DNA of 58,460 bases, the filler included, from Sphacelaria rigidula (lineage: Eukaryota): assembly GCA_964200075.2 (NCBI GenBank). It is 10 parts of 10 records of this genome, joined end to end, with 100 filler letters (N's around TTAATTAATTAA, not from the genome) between each part and the next. Parts side by side here need not be neighbours in the genome. Positions count along the whole stretch, not along the records: positions 11,713 to 17,468 come from CAXNAA020024690.1; positions 17,569 to 23,324 come from CAXNAA020024691.1; positions 23,425 to 29,180 come from CAXNAA020024692.1; 7 more parts are not named here. One strand, written 5' to 3'. Of the stretch, positions 12,167-24,856 are shown piece by piece. Every line of letters starts with the position of its first letter. Position 1 is the stretch's first letter. The notes below the pieces were generated by a model that did not search any database, was not told where the DNA came from, and was given only the letters and a program-made list of their open reading frames with translations. Position numbers and translations under genes: made by a program.

Positions 12167-12536
12167 CAGCTGATCCACGCGACACTTAGAGAGAGAAAAA
12201 TACTTTAAAAAATACAGCCTAGAGCGACCAACCAAGATGGAGATGCGTATTTTCGGCAGTGCGTGAGAAAAAGCGAGCGCTTAGCAGAACCGCCAGCACA
12301 GCTACACAAAGACACGAGCACAAAGAATATCCCGTGTGCACATGCAACTGCAAAAACAAAAACTAGTGCACATGCACAGGAAAAAAATAGAGACAAAACT
12401 GGACTATTCACGACGGAGACCCGCCCCCCCCTCCCCCCCAATTCCTCTCCTTAATTTCCAGCCCAACCACATGCTAAATCAAAACATCCCGACCTACCTA
12501 CAAGGAAAACCGAATATTAATTATAATGTCAAGTAT

Positions 12537-12596
12537 TTATACTTCGTCGATGACCTCGTAGGTGCCGGCCACCTCATCTATGTAATTGTCCAGGCT
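12537..12596 (-). CDS. Putative last coding exon of a host gene (SLDNYIDEVAGTYEVIDEV*), function unknown
   Basis: Acceptor ...atcag, 60 nt, phase 0, ends in TAA. Phase-compatible with the exon at 13019-13108. Confidence 0.6.
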   Translation of the reverse strand, partial: SLDNYIDEVAGTYEVIDEV

Positions 12597-12834
12597 CTGA
12601 TCGGTACACACGAATGTTGACACGCGCACCACCAAAAAATGGTACAATCGGGAGAACGAAGTGGAGGGCGGGAGAGCGGGAGGGGGGGGTGGGGGGGGTT
12701 AAAAGAGCTACTGCATACACAGACGAGTCATCACTTTCCATGAGCAAGAATTTTCCGTATTTTTGCGAGGTATGTTAACGATAAAACATGACAAATATGA
12801 GGACAACTGACGGTTTCCATATTATCATAACTAC

Positions 12835-12912
12835 AATTATGATTATGATTATTATGATCATTATGATTATTATGATTATTATGATTATTATGATTATTAT
12901 GATTATTATGAT

Positions 12913-12948
<36 letters not shown>
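12835..12948. repeat. (ATT/ATG)n plus (ACT)n microsatellite within the putative intron
   Basis: Direct inspection. Confidence 0.95.
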
Positions 12949-12950
<2 letters not shown>

Positions 12951-13018
12951 GTTTTTATTGTAAGAAGCAGCACGAGCAGCACACAGGAACAGCGACGACA
13001 ACGACAGGAGTGGCTCAC

Positions 13019-13108
13019 CGCGCCGGCATACGAAGAGAGACGCTTGGAGAAGCTCGTGAAGTAGTTGCCCTTGGAATCTGTACCTGTCCACACCACGTAC
13101 ACGGTCAG
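13019..13108 (-). CDS. Putative penultimate exon of the same host gene (LTVYVVWTGTDSKGNYFTSFSKRLSSYAGA)
   Basis: Acceptor ctccttgtgtcag, donor GTGAGC, exactly 90 nt, open, GC-rich third codon positions. Confidence 0.65.
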
Positions 13109-13428
13109 CTGACACAAGGAGCTTACCCCATCTCCGTCCGACTTTAGATATAGAGATAACGGAAAATGACAATGGCGGCGGCGACAGCGTGAAGTTAGAT
13201 AGGCAAACCAAACGAGAATTCCACTTCCCAGGACAAGGGTTAGGTACAGTACTGGAGTAGTGAAAATAACTAAGTAGGGTCATGATCCAATACAGTCTCG
13301 TGTGGGAGGGGTGGGTAAGGTCACGGTACATGGATTTTGCGGGAGAAGATGGTGTGTGTTGTGTGTGTGTACATATGTAAAGGTCGTGCATTGAAATACT
13401 TGATTTTGAGGATGTGGGGCGATTCCTA

Positions 13429-15479
13429 CTGTTATGGGTGCGCCTGACCCCCCAAAATGAGCCCAAAAAGTGTCACCGACCAAAAGCACGAACAGGCACG
13501 AACAGACCGACTTCTGGGACTTTTCCAGGCTCGTGGAGTAAAATGCGCCTCACGTCATCGGAAGAGAACGGCATGGATCCAAAATTCATATCGAAAAAAA
13601 GTGGACTGCCGTCTGAACCAGAACCCTACCGTTATTTCCGTTGTCCCTCATATAATACATGCCACTGCGTCACCTTTCGTCCACACTTGCGATACCCTGA
13701 CATGCGAGGAGGCTGATTGGGTTGAACCAACCCAACGCACACCGAGAACACTCGGGCAAGGGCGGTACATACATTTTCAGAAGAATGTGAGGCCTTGGTG
13801 GACCTCAAATCGGCTTCTGCGGCGCAGATTTCAACGAAAACGCGTTGTGCGCGCCCGAGGAGCACACGGGACCGTCAGCTCTACTAAAATTCCGATTCTC
13901 GTTGTACGCACTCAAATCAAGTAATATCAACCATGAGCATTTGTGGCCCAACGCCGGTAAGTGAAACCAGGAAGCTGAACCATTTTTGGGCGGATCGAAG
14001 ATGGGTCAACATGATGTGCTCAACATGCGACGAAGTCAGATGTACTGATGAACTTCAACGAGGACGGCCCTACACAAACGAGTGGAGTACAAATAATCAC
14101 CGGGTGTGTAATGTGGGCTGGGCGGGTGCTGGTCCACAACCTCGTCATGGTTTGGGGAGCTTGATTTATCGCCTGCGATGATTCCACAACTTTTGTTGGA
14201 CGAATGACTCGCGTTTCAAAGTGTATTTGTTGCTCCGTGGGCATGGCTTTTCATTTGATGAATATGATATTAATTAGCTCTTTGACCGCGACGGTTTGGT
14301 CATATTCTGAGTTGGCATCATTTTTCACTTGAAAAAAGTATGCATGGTCCAGATGGACTAGCCTCGCGGTCTAGGGGGGTTCATCTGACTCCGAGGATGT
14401 TGTTTTGCAAGAAGGAATGAAAACAAACGGTCGTCCGTCACCCACCATTACCGATACAACAGATGCGTGTCTTAGGATGGATGGGTCCACTGAAATAAAT
14501 GATTGGGGCTTTGGTGCCATGTGGCTTCAGCGAACGTGGGCCGACGACTTTGTGTCGTCTTGGCGCAGTATACTTCCCCATTCGGGAGCGTCAGTCGGTG
14601 AATCTTGATCTTGGTCTGAAAATCGAAATCCGGATCTTTCATGGGGGCTGAGCTCCCAGCATTCTACAAGCGTCCCAGAACGCGTCCTTGTCTAAATCGG
14701 CGCCTGGGGCGCCGATTCGAGGTCTGGCAACGCACCCTTCGCCTACGAAACACATTGCACCCGCCTTGCCCGATGGTTCTCAGTATGCCTTCGTTAGGGC
14801 CAGTGTTATAGTGTGTTCTCTCCGCTTCTGCGAGGTCGCGAAGATGATTCTTACTTCTGGGGACTCAGTCGAAGGTTCAAATCCTGCAACATACCACATA
14901 TCCGAGGTATCAACCATCTGCACTATTACGAGTCATTCATGGGTGTCATCTATTCCGAGGCCGTTACAAAGGGGTGAGGGTTTCGCGTTTTGTTGAGACC
15001 AGCGAGGGTTGGGGGTGAGTGTTTACGATCTCAGCCCAATCTGTCTAGGAGATTACTCATCGTTACGGCCATCGATTGGGATGCGACTTTTTGCATCATC
15101 TGCGCCAAGACGGAAGCTACAATTATACCGGTTGAATTTTTTTATTTCATCAGGATGCGAGTTTTATAACGAATTATGTGAAAAAAAACATAGGTTTCTT
15201 GCTATCTCGATCACCGTAACGTCTTGGGTAAAACGAACCGGTATAAGTGTAGCCAGGACAAATACACGCCGGTGAGTAGCCGAGCCAGGCCGTGGTTCGT
15301 CCTCCGGAACAAGAAATCTTATAAAACGTGGAATGGAAACCCTTTTCAAATCACAAGTACTTTAAGGGATTTTGCAGCGTGCATATTCAGAGGATGAACG
15401 TCATCTCCGGTCTGTTCGTGCTTTTGGTCGGTGACACTTTTTGGGCTCCTTTTTGGGGGGTCAGGCGCGCCCATAACAG
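13429..15479. mobile_element. 2,051-bp TA-flanked TIR element, Tc1/mariner-like, no intact transposase
   Basis: About 70-bp TIRs (ctgttatgggtgcgcctgaccccccaaaa...cacgaacagaccg). TA at 13427-13428 and 15480-15481. Confidence 0.85.
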
Positions 15480-16148
15480 TACACGTACCGTTCTGCACTG
15501 CCAGTACGGTCCGTTACCAGATTTTTGAGTCTCACCATTTGTTTCCAACACCATGCTGCTTTTGCGGCAACCAAAATGGATTGATGGGTGATTACTCTCA
15601 CGTCACCCCAAACAAGCTGCGGAGCATTCCTCAGATCTCAACCGCATGTATCACACCATCACACGTTGTTCATACTGTCAAGGGAGGTTGGGTCTGTGGT
15701 CTCAAATGCCACACGACTGCGAAACATGATGCTGTTGGCAGATGAGTGTTGGTTCGGAGCTGGTTTTGGGTCGGCTTTTCAAATTGTCCGGTACACGACC
15801 TAAAAAAGTCCGAACCTTATGCACCGCAGATAACACTCGCGTGGTATCTGCTTCCGGTCAGATGCCCACAATGTATTTTTAGCCCCCATGCAGCAAAAAC
15901 AGAGGTGATAATGAGCTGCGCCGGGATGCAATATGGTCTCCACGGGTTTCTGGACAACAGTACTCGCTCTAAAATTCGTGACAGTGACATTTTTCTGATC
16001 TGACACAGCCTTGGAGGTCGGGCACAAGTTTCTGCGAAAGCCTGTCCTCCTCCGTCCCACAAGAATTTTGTTGGTCGGATGCTCTCCACACAATCTTCAT
16101 TCTATCGACAGCTACAAACGCTGCGACTTTTTTTTTTTTTAAATGTTG

Positions 16149-16405
16149 CGCACGTCGGACAGCTCGCGAGCTACCTAAACATTACGTCCTAATAGTGCAC
16201 TGATCCGGATCATGAACTAGCTCACTGCGCCCCTTTTTTCATATTTGCTGCCTACAGCGCTCGACGTCGAGCACGCAGATTAGCGCAAAGGTAGCGCCGC
16301 GGCTTCTCGGATCCCGCTTTCACGCATGTTGTGTTCTCGCCCAACGGATCTGAGGGTCCTCTTCGATCAGTCAATTTAGGTAGCTCATGAGCTGTCCGAC
16401 ATGTG
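16149..16405. mobile_element. About 257-bp MITE
   Basis: About 31-bp imperfect TIRs: cgcacgtcggacagctcgcgagctacctaaa and tttaggtagctcatgagctgtccgacatgtg. aaatgt occurs on both flanks. Confidence 0.72.
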
Positions 16406-17649
16406 AAATGTGAAATGTTGGTCAACAATCGGCATGTTTGTATCTATGCGTTAATTTTCACGACAGGAGATATTGTCAATATCTGTCCGTATGTGTCTTG
16501 CGGCCGAACCTGCCTCAAGATGTGGCTTCTCTGGTGCTTTTCCCGGGAGAATTAAGTCTCTGCTAAAATGCATCATTTTTTGTACCGTCGTTTTTTTTGG
16601 GTGTCGTCATCTTCTCACGTGGTGGACTGCAAGGCTGATGCATTGCATAGCTCATACATACGAATGCTGTGTTGGTGTAGCTCAATGTGAAACATTGGCA
16701 CAGTAGTACAGAAGAACAAGGAGCAGCATGCTACAGAAATATGAAAACTGCAAACAGCATTACTCTGTAGCTGCGTATAAGCACTGTAGCGGCAGCGTTC
16801 GTCTCCCTTCTCCCCTCCAAGACGCATTTTCAGCAGATGATGAAGCAGGGGACACGATGCAAGGTTGTACGAATGTTGTATAGTGAGACAGCAATATCTT
16901 TTTACGCAGCAAGCTTGAAAATTAATGTTACTTATTGCGAAATGGTGAAGAAGCAGCGGGAGAATGTAGCGTGGATATGAGTCACCGGTGAGTGACCGTA
17001 CGCCCACAGCAAGGCTGTGGGCGTTAGGAAGCTTCGAAATCGACTATCGGTACCCGGGCCAACACCAGCGACAAGTACTGTACAAGCTTCATGCCATGAA
17101 CACCGCAGAATAGGCTCATTCTCACATTATCCGTAAGTCAATGCTAGTCGTCTTGATCATGTCTTATTCTCATGAGTGTCCAACCCGTGGAAGCATCTGC
17201 AAGCGGTCGAGGCCGGGGTGAATACACAGTTGATACTGATATTCAACAACCTCCATCACAGGGTCACAGTATATTCAATCACATGTATCGCATTGTATGG
17301 GAAGCCAGAGCATCTAGATGCTCACCCGGCGTAGTCTCTCAAGCCAGTTTTGGGGTCTGCAGCGGGTATCCGGTGTTGAACCAGAGCAGGATTTATATGC
17401 TTACTTCCTCTGTCCCATAAGTAAAGTCCGTTATGGGCTTTTAATCGTTTGTGCATTCAAACTGTTCCNNNNNNNNNNNNNNNNNNNNNNNNNNNNNNNN
17501 NNNNNNNNNNNNTTAATTAATTAANNNNNNNNNNNNNNNNNNNNNNNNNNNNNNNNNNNNNNNNNNNNCGAACACCAGGCGCTGCACGGCCATTTTTTTC
17601 GTGGCACTTATAGCTGGTTTTGGGGGGGGGCTATCGTAGAAAGTGTCAC

Positions 17650-20600
17650 CACAAGTAGGCGCCTTTCGGGAGGACTTCCTGCTTCGCGCGAATATTTTTT
17701 TCTCAATGTTTGGTGGCTACTAATTCATAGCCGTCAGCGACAAAGCCTCAACCTTTGTCACGGTGAAGTTCGCGTGCTGCTGCGCCGGGGCGCATGTTGC
17801 GATATTTCTTGCTGTCAGCAAGATGTTGCTGCTGAGGTTGTGTCCAGTACAGGAGAATTGCTTGGCGGTGCAACTGAAGGTCGGATTCGCGTTCCCAAGA
17901 TGCTCTCCGAAGGCCTCGCCAGTGAGTTTTGTACATGACAGAAATCTTACCGCCTCGACCGCGAGTGATCTGGTGACCAGAAATGTGGGACACGGCGAGA
18001 CGAAGGGGTTGTTCCGTCACATCGTCGGCAGTAACGTGATAAGGCGGTGATTTGGTCGAATAGCTGTTAAGTACGTACTGCGTAAGACCGTCAGGCAGAT
18101 ATTGGGCATGTCTCTAGTGTCATGCGGATTGATGCAAGGTTTACAACGGTGCACAGAGACGCGAGATTTGGCCTCATGTCTTCGAAGATCGCGAGGAAGA
18201 TCGATATAAAGAAGTTTGTCACCAACAGGTTTGCCATCAGGTGAAGATGGCGAGGGCCCTACGGTCAGAATATTGAATGGTCTTGTCCACTTGGGAGATA
18301 CCTTAGTCTTCAAGACTGTCTCGTTGGCAGCTCTGTCAGCGCCTTGACGAATGGTTGCCAAACTGTTGTAAACCCAGACCCAACCTCCAACCTTCCACGT
18401 AGGTCGTTTGTGCATCAGATTGTAGAGAGCATTACCAGATCTCTCAAGGCGCGAGGCGTTGATAGCGTGTTGTTCACCCACGAGAGTGAAAGGTTTGCGC
18501 TGGCGTGCACGCGCTAGGTCATGGTAGGATATCTGATCCTGATCCAAGCCTTGGTGGCCATCGAAGGTGTGTCTCTCAAACACGGTGATGGGCAAACGCG
18601 GGTAGCGGCCGAGTTGTAATTCGTTCGGCGAAAGACCGGTAGCAGCATTGACGGAGTTGTTATAAGACAACACGACATGTGAGAGATGGAGATCCCAATC
18701 GTTTTGTCGATCGTTGACTACCATAGACAGCATCTGGGCCATGGTGTGGTTAACTCTCTCAGTACCACCGTTACCATTAGGGTGGTAAGCGCTTGTGGCT
18801 ATCTTTCGAATGCCCAGGAGCGTACACAGTTCGTCCGAGAGATCGGAGCATAATTGCTGACCATTGTCAAAGAGAAGCCGTTTCGGGCAGCTATAATGCT
18901 TGATACAGTCATGAACTAGGATATTAGCTGTGCCCGCTGCTGTGAAGTCTCCAGCGGTGACTGCGTACATGGCTGCGTGACGGCTGAAGCGGCCGGTAAA
19001 GAGTAAGATGTAGGTGTTGCCACGGTCAGTGGGCGGTAAAGGACCACAAAAGTCGAAAGACACGACGTGACTAGGAGCGTTGGGAAGTGCCATCGAAATA
19101 ACTGGCCAACGTATAGTCTGTCGTGAGGTTTTGCGAGCTTGATACTTGAAGCAACGCCGAATCCAGAAGCGAGTGGATACTTCCATACCTATCCACCAGT
19201 AGAAACCTTCGAGTAACGCTAATGTGCGCGTGACACCAAGGTGACAAGACAGGTCAGTGTGGCAGCCTTGCATTACCCACGGTCGCATAAAAAAAGGGAC
19301 ATATATCCGAGTGGGTTCATCGTCGAGTAGGCATGCATGGCGTCCAGTGGGCGCGGGTGAAGTTACACCCTGCTGGGGCGTAGGACGGCGGAGAAGCAAT
19401 TCGATTCCGTCATCAGTTGTGAAGATAGTACCTTCACGTGCGAGTTCGTACACCTCACCAGCGTTTGGTGGTGGCAGTGTGCCAATCGGGGCCAACACAT
19501 TGGCCGGGATAGGAGCAGGGCAGCCAGCACGGAGGTACCGCATGGTTGCGCGGCATAATGGTTCTGCTTGTTGTTCACGAGCCCAATCACGATGGGAGTA
19601 ACTGGCGAGAAATTCGCGCAGTTGGCATCCCGTCGGAGAGCTAACCAGACATGGTGGCTCAGGAAGCGGTGGAAAAGGCAACGAGGGGGAGGTGCCAATG
19701 TCGATGTGAACATCGGAAGCATCAGAAGGGGTGGGCACTGACGGGGCCACGGCGGGCGGCGATGTCGCAGTAGTCCGCGCCGAAGATTGCGCTCGGCGCT
19801 TGCGGTGAGAACGGCGCGTGGCGGGGGTTGTCAAGGCTCGTAGTGCGGTGTTGCGGGGAGCCGGTGCTACGCTGCTCGCAGGAGCAGTAGGTGTTGTCGG
19901 TGGCGGCGGGGCGCGGAGAGGGTTAGCGCGGGCGGCAGACCGAGAGCGCGTGTTGTCGGAAATGAGATGGACAACTGGAGGTGGCGAAACTGCAATATTT
20001 GCGCGAGGACTGATAATACGGAAATCAGCGAAATCGGCGTCTGCGGGTTGTAGCCCACCCAAGACTGCATCATACGATAGGGGGCGGGGGCCGCCCATGT
20101 GCATACCCGTCTCTGGACAATGAAGGTCAACGGCGTAAATGGGCGTTGAGAAACGCCGGATAGGATACACGCCCGTTGGAGGAAGGGGCAAGCGGGAGAG
20201 AAGGTCAGCACTCCCGTTGGTTTTGCCAGGGCGGTGTTTGACAGTATACTGATAAGCTGTCAGGAACTCTAACCAGCGTTGCACACGCGGGTTATGTTCG
20301 CCAACTTTGGCGAGTTGTTCAAGTGCTCCGTGATCCGTGTAGATTTGCAAAGGTACATGGAACAAATATTGTCGAAGGCGCTTTATGGCCCAAGTGATGA
20401 CTCCGCCTTCCAGCTCCAGTGGACTCCAGTTGGCCTCGTTTGGAAGGGTGGCGCGACTGATATAGAGGATGGATAATAGAGCCATCGAGTTGAGGCTGAT
20501 TCAGGACCGCGCCGAACCCGTCGGTGCTCGCTCGCGCCTGTATGTAGTTGAAAGAGGAGAGAGCCGTCTTGTACAGCATCCCAGTCCGGGAAACAAAATG

Positions 20601-23324
20601 ACCGGTTTTTTGGTGAGCGTTTTCAGCAAGTCGCGCACGATAGCTTCCATATCTTTGGTGAAGACAATTGCGGCGCCTTTTTTAAGCAAGTCCGTAATGG
20701 GGCGAAATCGTTCGGACAGGTTAGGCAAAAATTTGCGATAGTAGGACAGTCCACCTAATAATGAGCGGAGCTGGGTAATGTTTGTGGGCATCGGCAATTC
20801 AGTCATCGCCCTGACTTTGTTGGTTTCGGGGTGTAGACCCGCCGGTGAATATTGATTGTCCCAGAAAATCCAGTTCAGCCGCGCCATGGCGAGCTTTGGA
20901 TGGAGACAGTTTCACATCGTGCTTCCGCAGGCGAGAAAGAAACTCCCGTAAGGTGCGCACATGGGCAAGAGGAGAGGCATCGAATGTGATAGCGTCGTCC
21001 AAGTACATGATGACGTGTTCGAGATTGTCTGTAACGCGTTGCATTAAGCGTTGAAAACAACCTGGTGCAGTGGCGGCATCTTGTGGTATACGGAGTCATG
21101 CGTAGAGCCGACAAGATGTACAAAACGCTGTCAGTGGGACTGTATCAGGGTGGGTGGCATTCTGGAAAAATCCAGAAGCGAGGTCAAAGGTACTGAATAT
21201 TTTTCCTTCGCCTAGAGAGTCGAAGACTTCATCTATGCGAGGAATGGGAAGTTTTCCCACTACAGTGACGCGATTCAACCGTTCGTTGATAATTCACGGT
21301 GATGCGTATGTTTCCATCCTTTTTTGGGACTACCACCAGCGGCGAGGCCCACGGAGAAGAGGAGTGTTGGAGTAATCCGGCACCTAAGTACGCATCTAAA
21401 ATGGCATTAACGTTTTTGGTAAGTATGGGGTTTGTCCGATACGGTCGAGAAGAGATTGGCGGAACGTCAGGTTGAAGGGTGATTTCAAAGGGCAGCGTTT
21501 TGCAATGCCCCAGATCCGTTTTGGATCGAGAATATCTGTCTTGGTACTCCAATAAAACATCGCTCAATTCTTTGATTACAGCGGGTTCCCAACCGGGTCC
21601 ATGTAGGTCAAAGTTGATGTCACGTAAATGGAATGGAAGTTGATCCCACATATGCAGGAAACTTGTCCGAGATTCGGGCGGTAGGCGTTGCAGCACTTCA
21701 GGAGGAGGGCCGGACGTTGACGGTGCAGGGTTCACGGTGTGGATACGTGATGGAGACGAAGAGGTTACGTCGAAGTAGGGCTCATCGACGCAATTGACAG
21801 AACCGTCTGTCGGAGGCGCCGAGTTGGGCGTGTAGAGGGTTCAGTGGCAAATGTCTCAAGTGGAATGTGCATGAGGGGATCAGCAGCAATACCCAAAACA
21901 TCTCCGGGTTCCAAGTTAGCGTGACCCGTGAGTGGCAAACGTTGTTTCCCTGCAGAGACAGAGTATTCTGTGCCGGCAGGCGCACCAACACGAGGAAGCA
22001 TTTCAGTGAGGTAATGTTCCATAAGGGCAGGCATGCCATTTCGGCGAACTAAGGCAACTTCTAGCAGTTGAGGATCATCGGAGAGGGTAACACCAGAAGT
22101 ACCATCGTATCTTAGGTGGTAAGCAGCTCCGGTAGCTTGTTCATGTTTTTGATAGGCTAAGGCGCCGTGAAGAGTACCGAAATGCTCAAGGTTCGGTTCT
22201 CCACGAGGCGCAGACTGTGGCGATAATGCTGGTAGCGTGCGGTAGGTGCGTTGATCCAAACGCATATAACTATCTCGGCCCATGAGTAAGGCGTGAGCCA
22301 TGGTGCTGTCGGGGACAACATATGCCCAGACTGCAAGGCTGGCAGAACGGGTTGTGTTGTGAAAGAATTGCATACTGAGACGAACTGATATTCGTGTGGT
22401 CAAAGGTGCGGTTGAGCCCCCAAAACCCCCCCATACTCGAAGGTTTGGTGGTGATTTCACAAGCTGCTGAAGCAGCGCCAATGTGTTTCATATGTTCCCA
22501 CATTGATTCACGAATAAATGTTTGTAGGCTGCCGCTGTCTAACAAAGAGACGCATTTAGCAGTCATGGTTGCGTATGGTCCACAATGGAGCGCTACGCGA
22601 GTAGTAAAAGTGGCAGGATCAACAGACACTTTACCGCCGACAAGATCCGGACCGTTTTGAACCAAGGTAAATTGATCGGAATCAGTAGTGCTGACGGCGA
22701 AAACGGAGGGCGGGTGATCCGCCGGGGGGTCAACTTTCTCACCAGAAAGTTTGGTTGATGATGTGTAGTCCCCAGAGTGAGCACAGCTCGGCTAGCCATT
22801 GGAAATTTCGTATATGACCGTGTTGGGAAGGTAGGGATCAACGTCTGAAGTAGACCCGTCTTGTTCAGCGTAGTCCGCAGAAGAGATAGAAATATCCGAA
22901 ATATCTTATTTGGATTATTCTGGGACACTTGATAAATTCATCGAGCTCAAAGTCGTCGCATTTTGGAGAGGGTGAGGTCGAGAGTTTCCACTCGAGGGAG
23001 GTGTACGTGTTGATGCGCGCGCTTCAGTGGGGGCATGCTCACGGGGCTTCCTCTCTCGTCATGACAAGGGGCGGGGAACTTCCAACGTGTTTGAGGAAAA
23101 CCCAACTGCGTCCAGTTGAGTGGGTGGGGTCAGCATCGGAGCATGAGTCATCCTACGATAGGGGGGGGAGTATTTTGAGCCATTCCTCGCACGAAATTCC
23201 AGGTCAAAGCGTCGTTGAAAGCAGCAACGGTTGCTCGAATAAGCTTGTTATAGATACGTGACGCTCATTCATGTCGATTGACATCGTTTCGAACCAAATA
23301 CAAGCGCACCGCGAGTGTGGCAAA
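17650..23324 (-). mobile_element. pol: Ty3/Gypsy chromovirus pol (protease, RT, RNase H, integrase, chromodomain), frameshifted; LTRs not in segment
   Basis: Protease LLDSGS (22270-22665 ORF). RT PWASPLVVVPKKDG, PRIDEVFDSL...FDLASGFFQ and YLDD. RNase H GFGAVLNQ, WSPLELE and IYTDH. Integrase H2C2 region and D-D-E (SFDFCGP, FDNGQ, GTERVN). Chromo YKTHWRG...SWERESDL (17748-18020). Confidence 0.95.
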
Positions 23325-23424
23325 NNNNNNNNNNNNNNNNNNNNNNNNNNNNNNNNNNNNNNNNNNNNTTAATTAATTAANNNNNNNNNNNNNNNNNNNN
23401 NNNNNNNNNNNNNNNNNNNNNNNN

Positions 23425-23738
23425 AGCAGCATCTTTACTGCCAGTTGATGTACGCGGCTGGGGGTGGGTCTAACTCAGACGGTGCCGTTTGTGTGTGTGT
23501 CAGCGCTGTCAAGCACGGTGATTATCACTCGCAAGGTGCGTGGGTGTTGTCGCACGGTCGAAACGCGGACCGTCTACGATCAAGAGCAGCAGCAGCAGCA
23601 TCAGCGCCGGTTGGTTCAGACCCGCCCCCAGCCACGTATGTTTACTGGCGATAAATATGCTGCTGATACTGCTGCTTCTCGTCCGAACGGTCCACGGCAC
23701 TTGACAGCCCCCCGCATACACACAAGATCCAGAGGACC
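23425..23738. mobile_element. Second copy of the (CAG)/(CTG) fold-back element
   Basis: Aligns along its length with 6300-6690. Confidence 0.8.
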
Positions 23739-24299
23739 CAGTTTGACATTTTGCTGGCGTCGCGTCAGCGACCCGAACATCCCCCCCCAGAGCGGAAAAC
23801 ACCCTTTCAGTACATTTTGGGTTATTTGCGAGTCAGCATCACGCTCAAACGCGAAAACCAAACTATGCGGCGTAGCTTGGGTGTGTGGGAAGCGCGCGCA
23901 AGAAACCGCAGTCCAATCCCCCGCTTCGGTGTCGGGTTGTACGCGTTGCGCGATTGGCACTGTTGGGTTGAGGATCAGTGGCGTCTTTCGAGGTCGAAGA
24001 TGGCAAATTCAAAAACATCGGTGCGCATGGCGAGTATCCTTTGAAGTGTCGATATCGCAGACGCAAAGATGTACCTGTGTTAGACACGCAGGGACCTCTA
24101 CCGGTCGGGGACACGTTTCACACCAGACTTCGCTGGCCACCTAATTACCGTGACACTTTCACTCCGATACGGTCAAACCCACGGTAGAAACCACGCAACA
24201 CTGGTTAGATCTTGCCTGTCTGAGTCCTGACGCAGAAGTGAAGATATGCGCAAGCACCTTGCTCAGCATGTGGGTCGATCCTTGGTGGAGGATGGGTGT

Positions 24300-24535
24300 T
24301 GTTAGCAGCGGGCAGCAAATGTGAAGTGCAATACAATAGTCGGGAGACGATTATCAGTTTGCCTTCAGAAATGGTCTTTGCTTTCGCGTGTTTTCACTTT
24401 TGTCCCGGTGGGGGACGAAGTCACACGGTATAATTCCCCCCAATTCATCATTAGACTGAAGAAGGTGTAGCCATGATCCAATTGCTCTATAGTCTACTAT
24501 ACAGGGTCATTATCCACCCTGTAACATCCCCCCTC
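24300..24535 (-). repeat. Polypurine tract plus putative 3' LTR of the segment-5 Gypsy
   Basis: Minus strand reads GAGGGGGGA then TGTTACAGGG at 24526. The far boundary is uncertain (tgttagcag at 24300, or tgttag at 24078). Confidence 0.6.
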
Positions 24536-24856
24536 AATGGATTTGCCAAGTGTTTCACCAGGCATCAGTTATTGAGTAGAGACCAGCGCAATCGATCGAA
24601 GGCCGTGTGAAATGGAAGGAGGAAACCACACGCACACCTCTATGGTTGGGAATACGGGATAGAGGCCCGTTTCGGCTACACCCAATTTCGGTTGCACCCA
24701 TGGGACCGGGAAACTTTCTCATCTTCGATAGCGTATCCGAGCTTGAGTGCTCGTTCCCCCTTGTTCAACATTGCTTTGGGTTCTTCACCTGTGGGGCACT
24801 CACTCGGGAGGATACGCGTCTGATGGCGTAGATTCAGTGACGGGGTGTGTTGGGTA

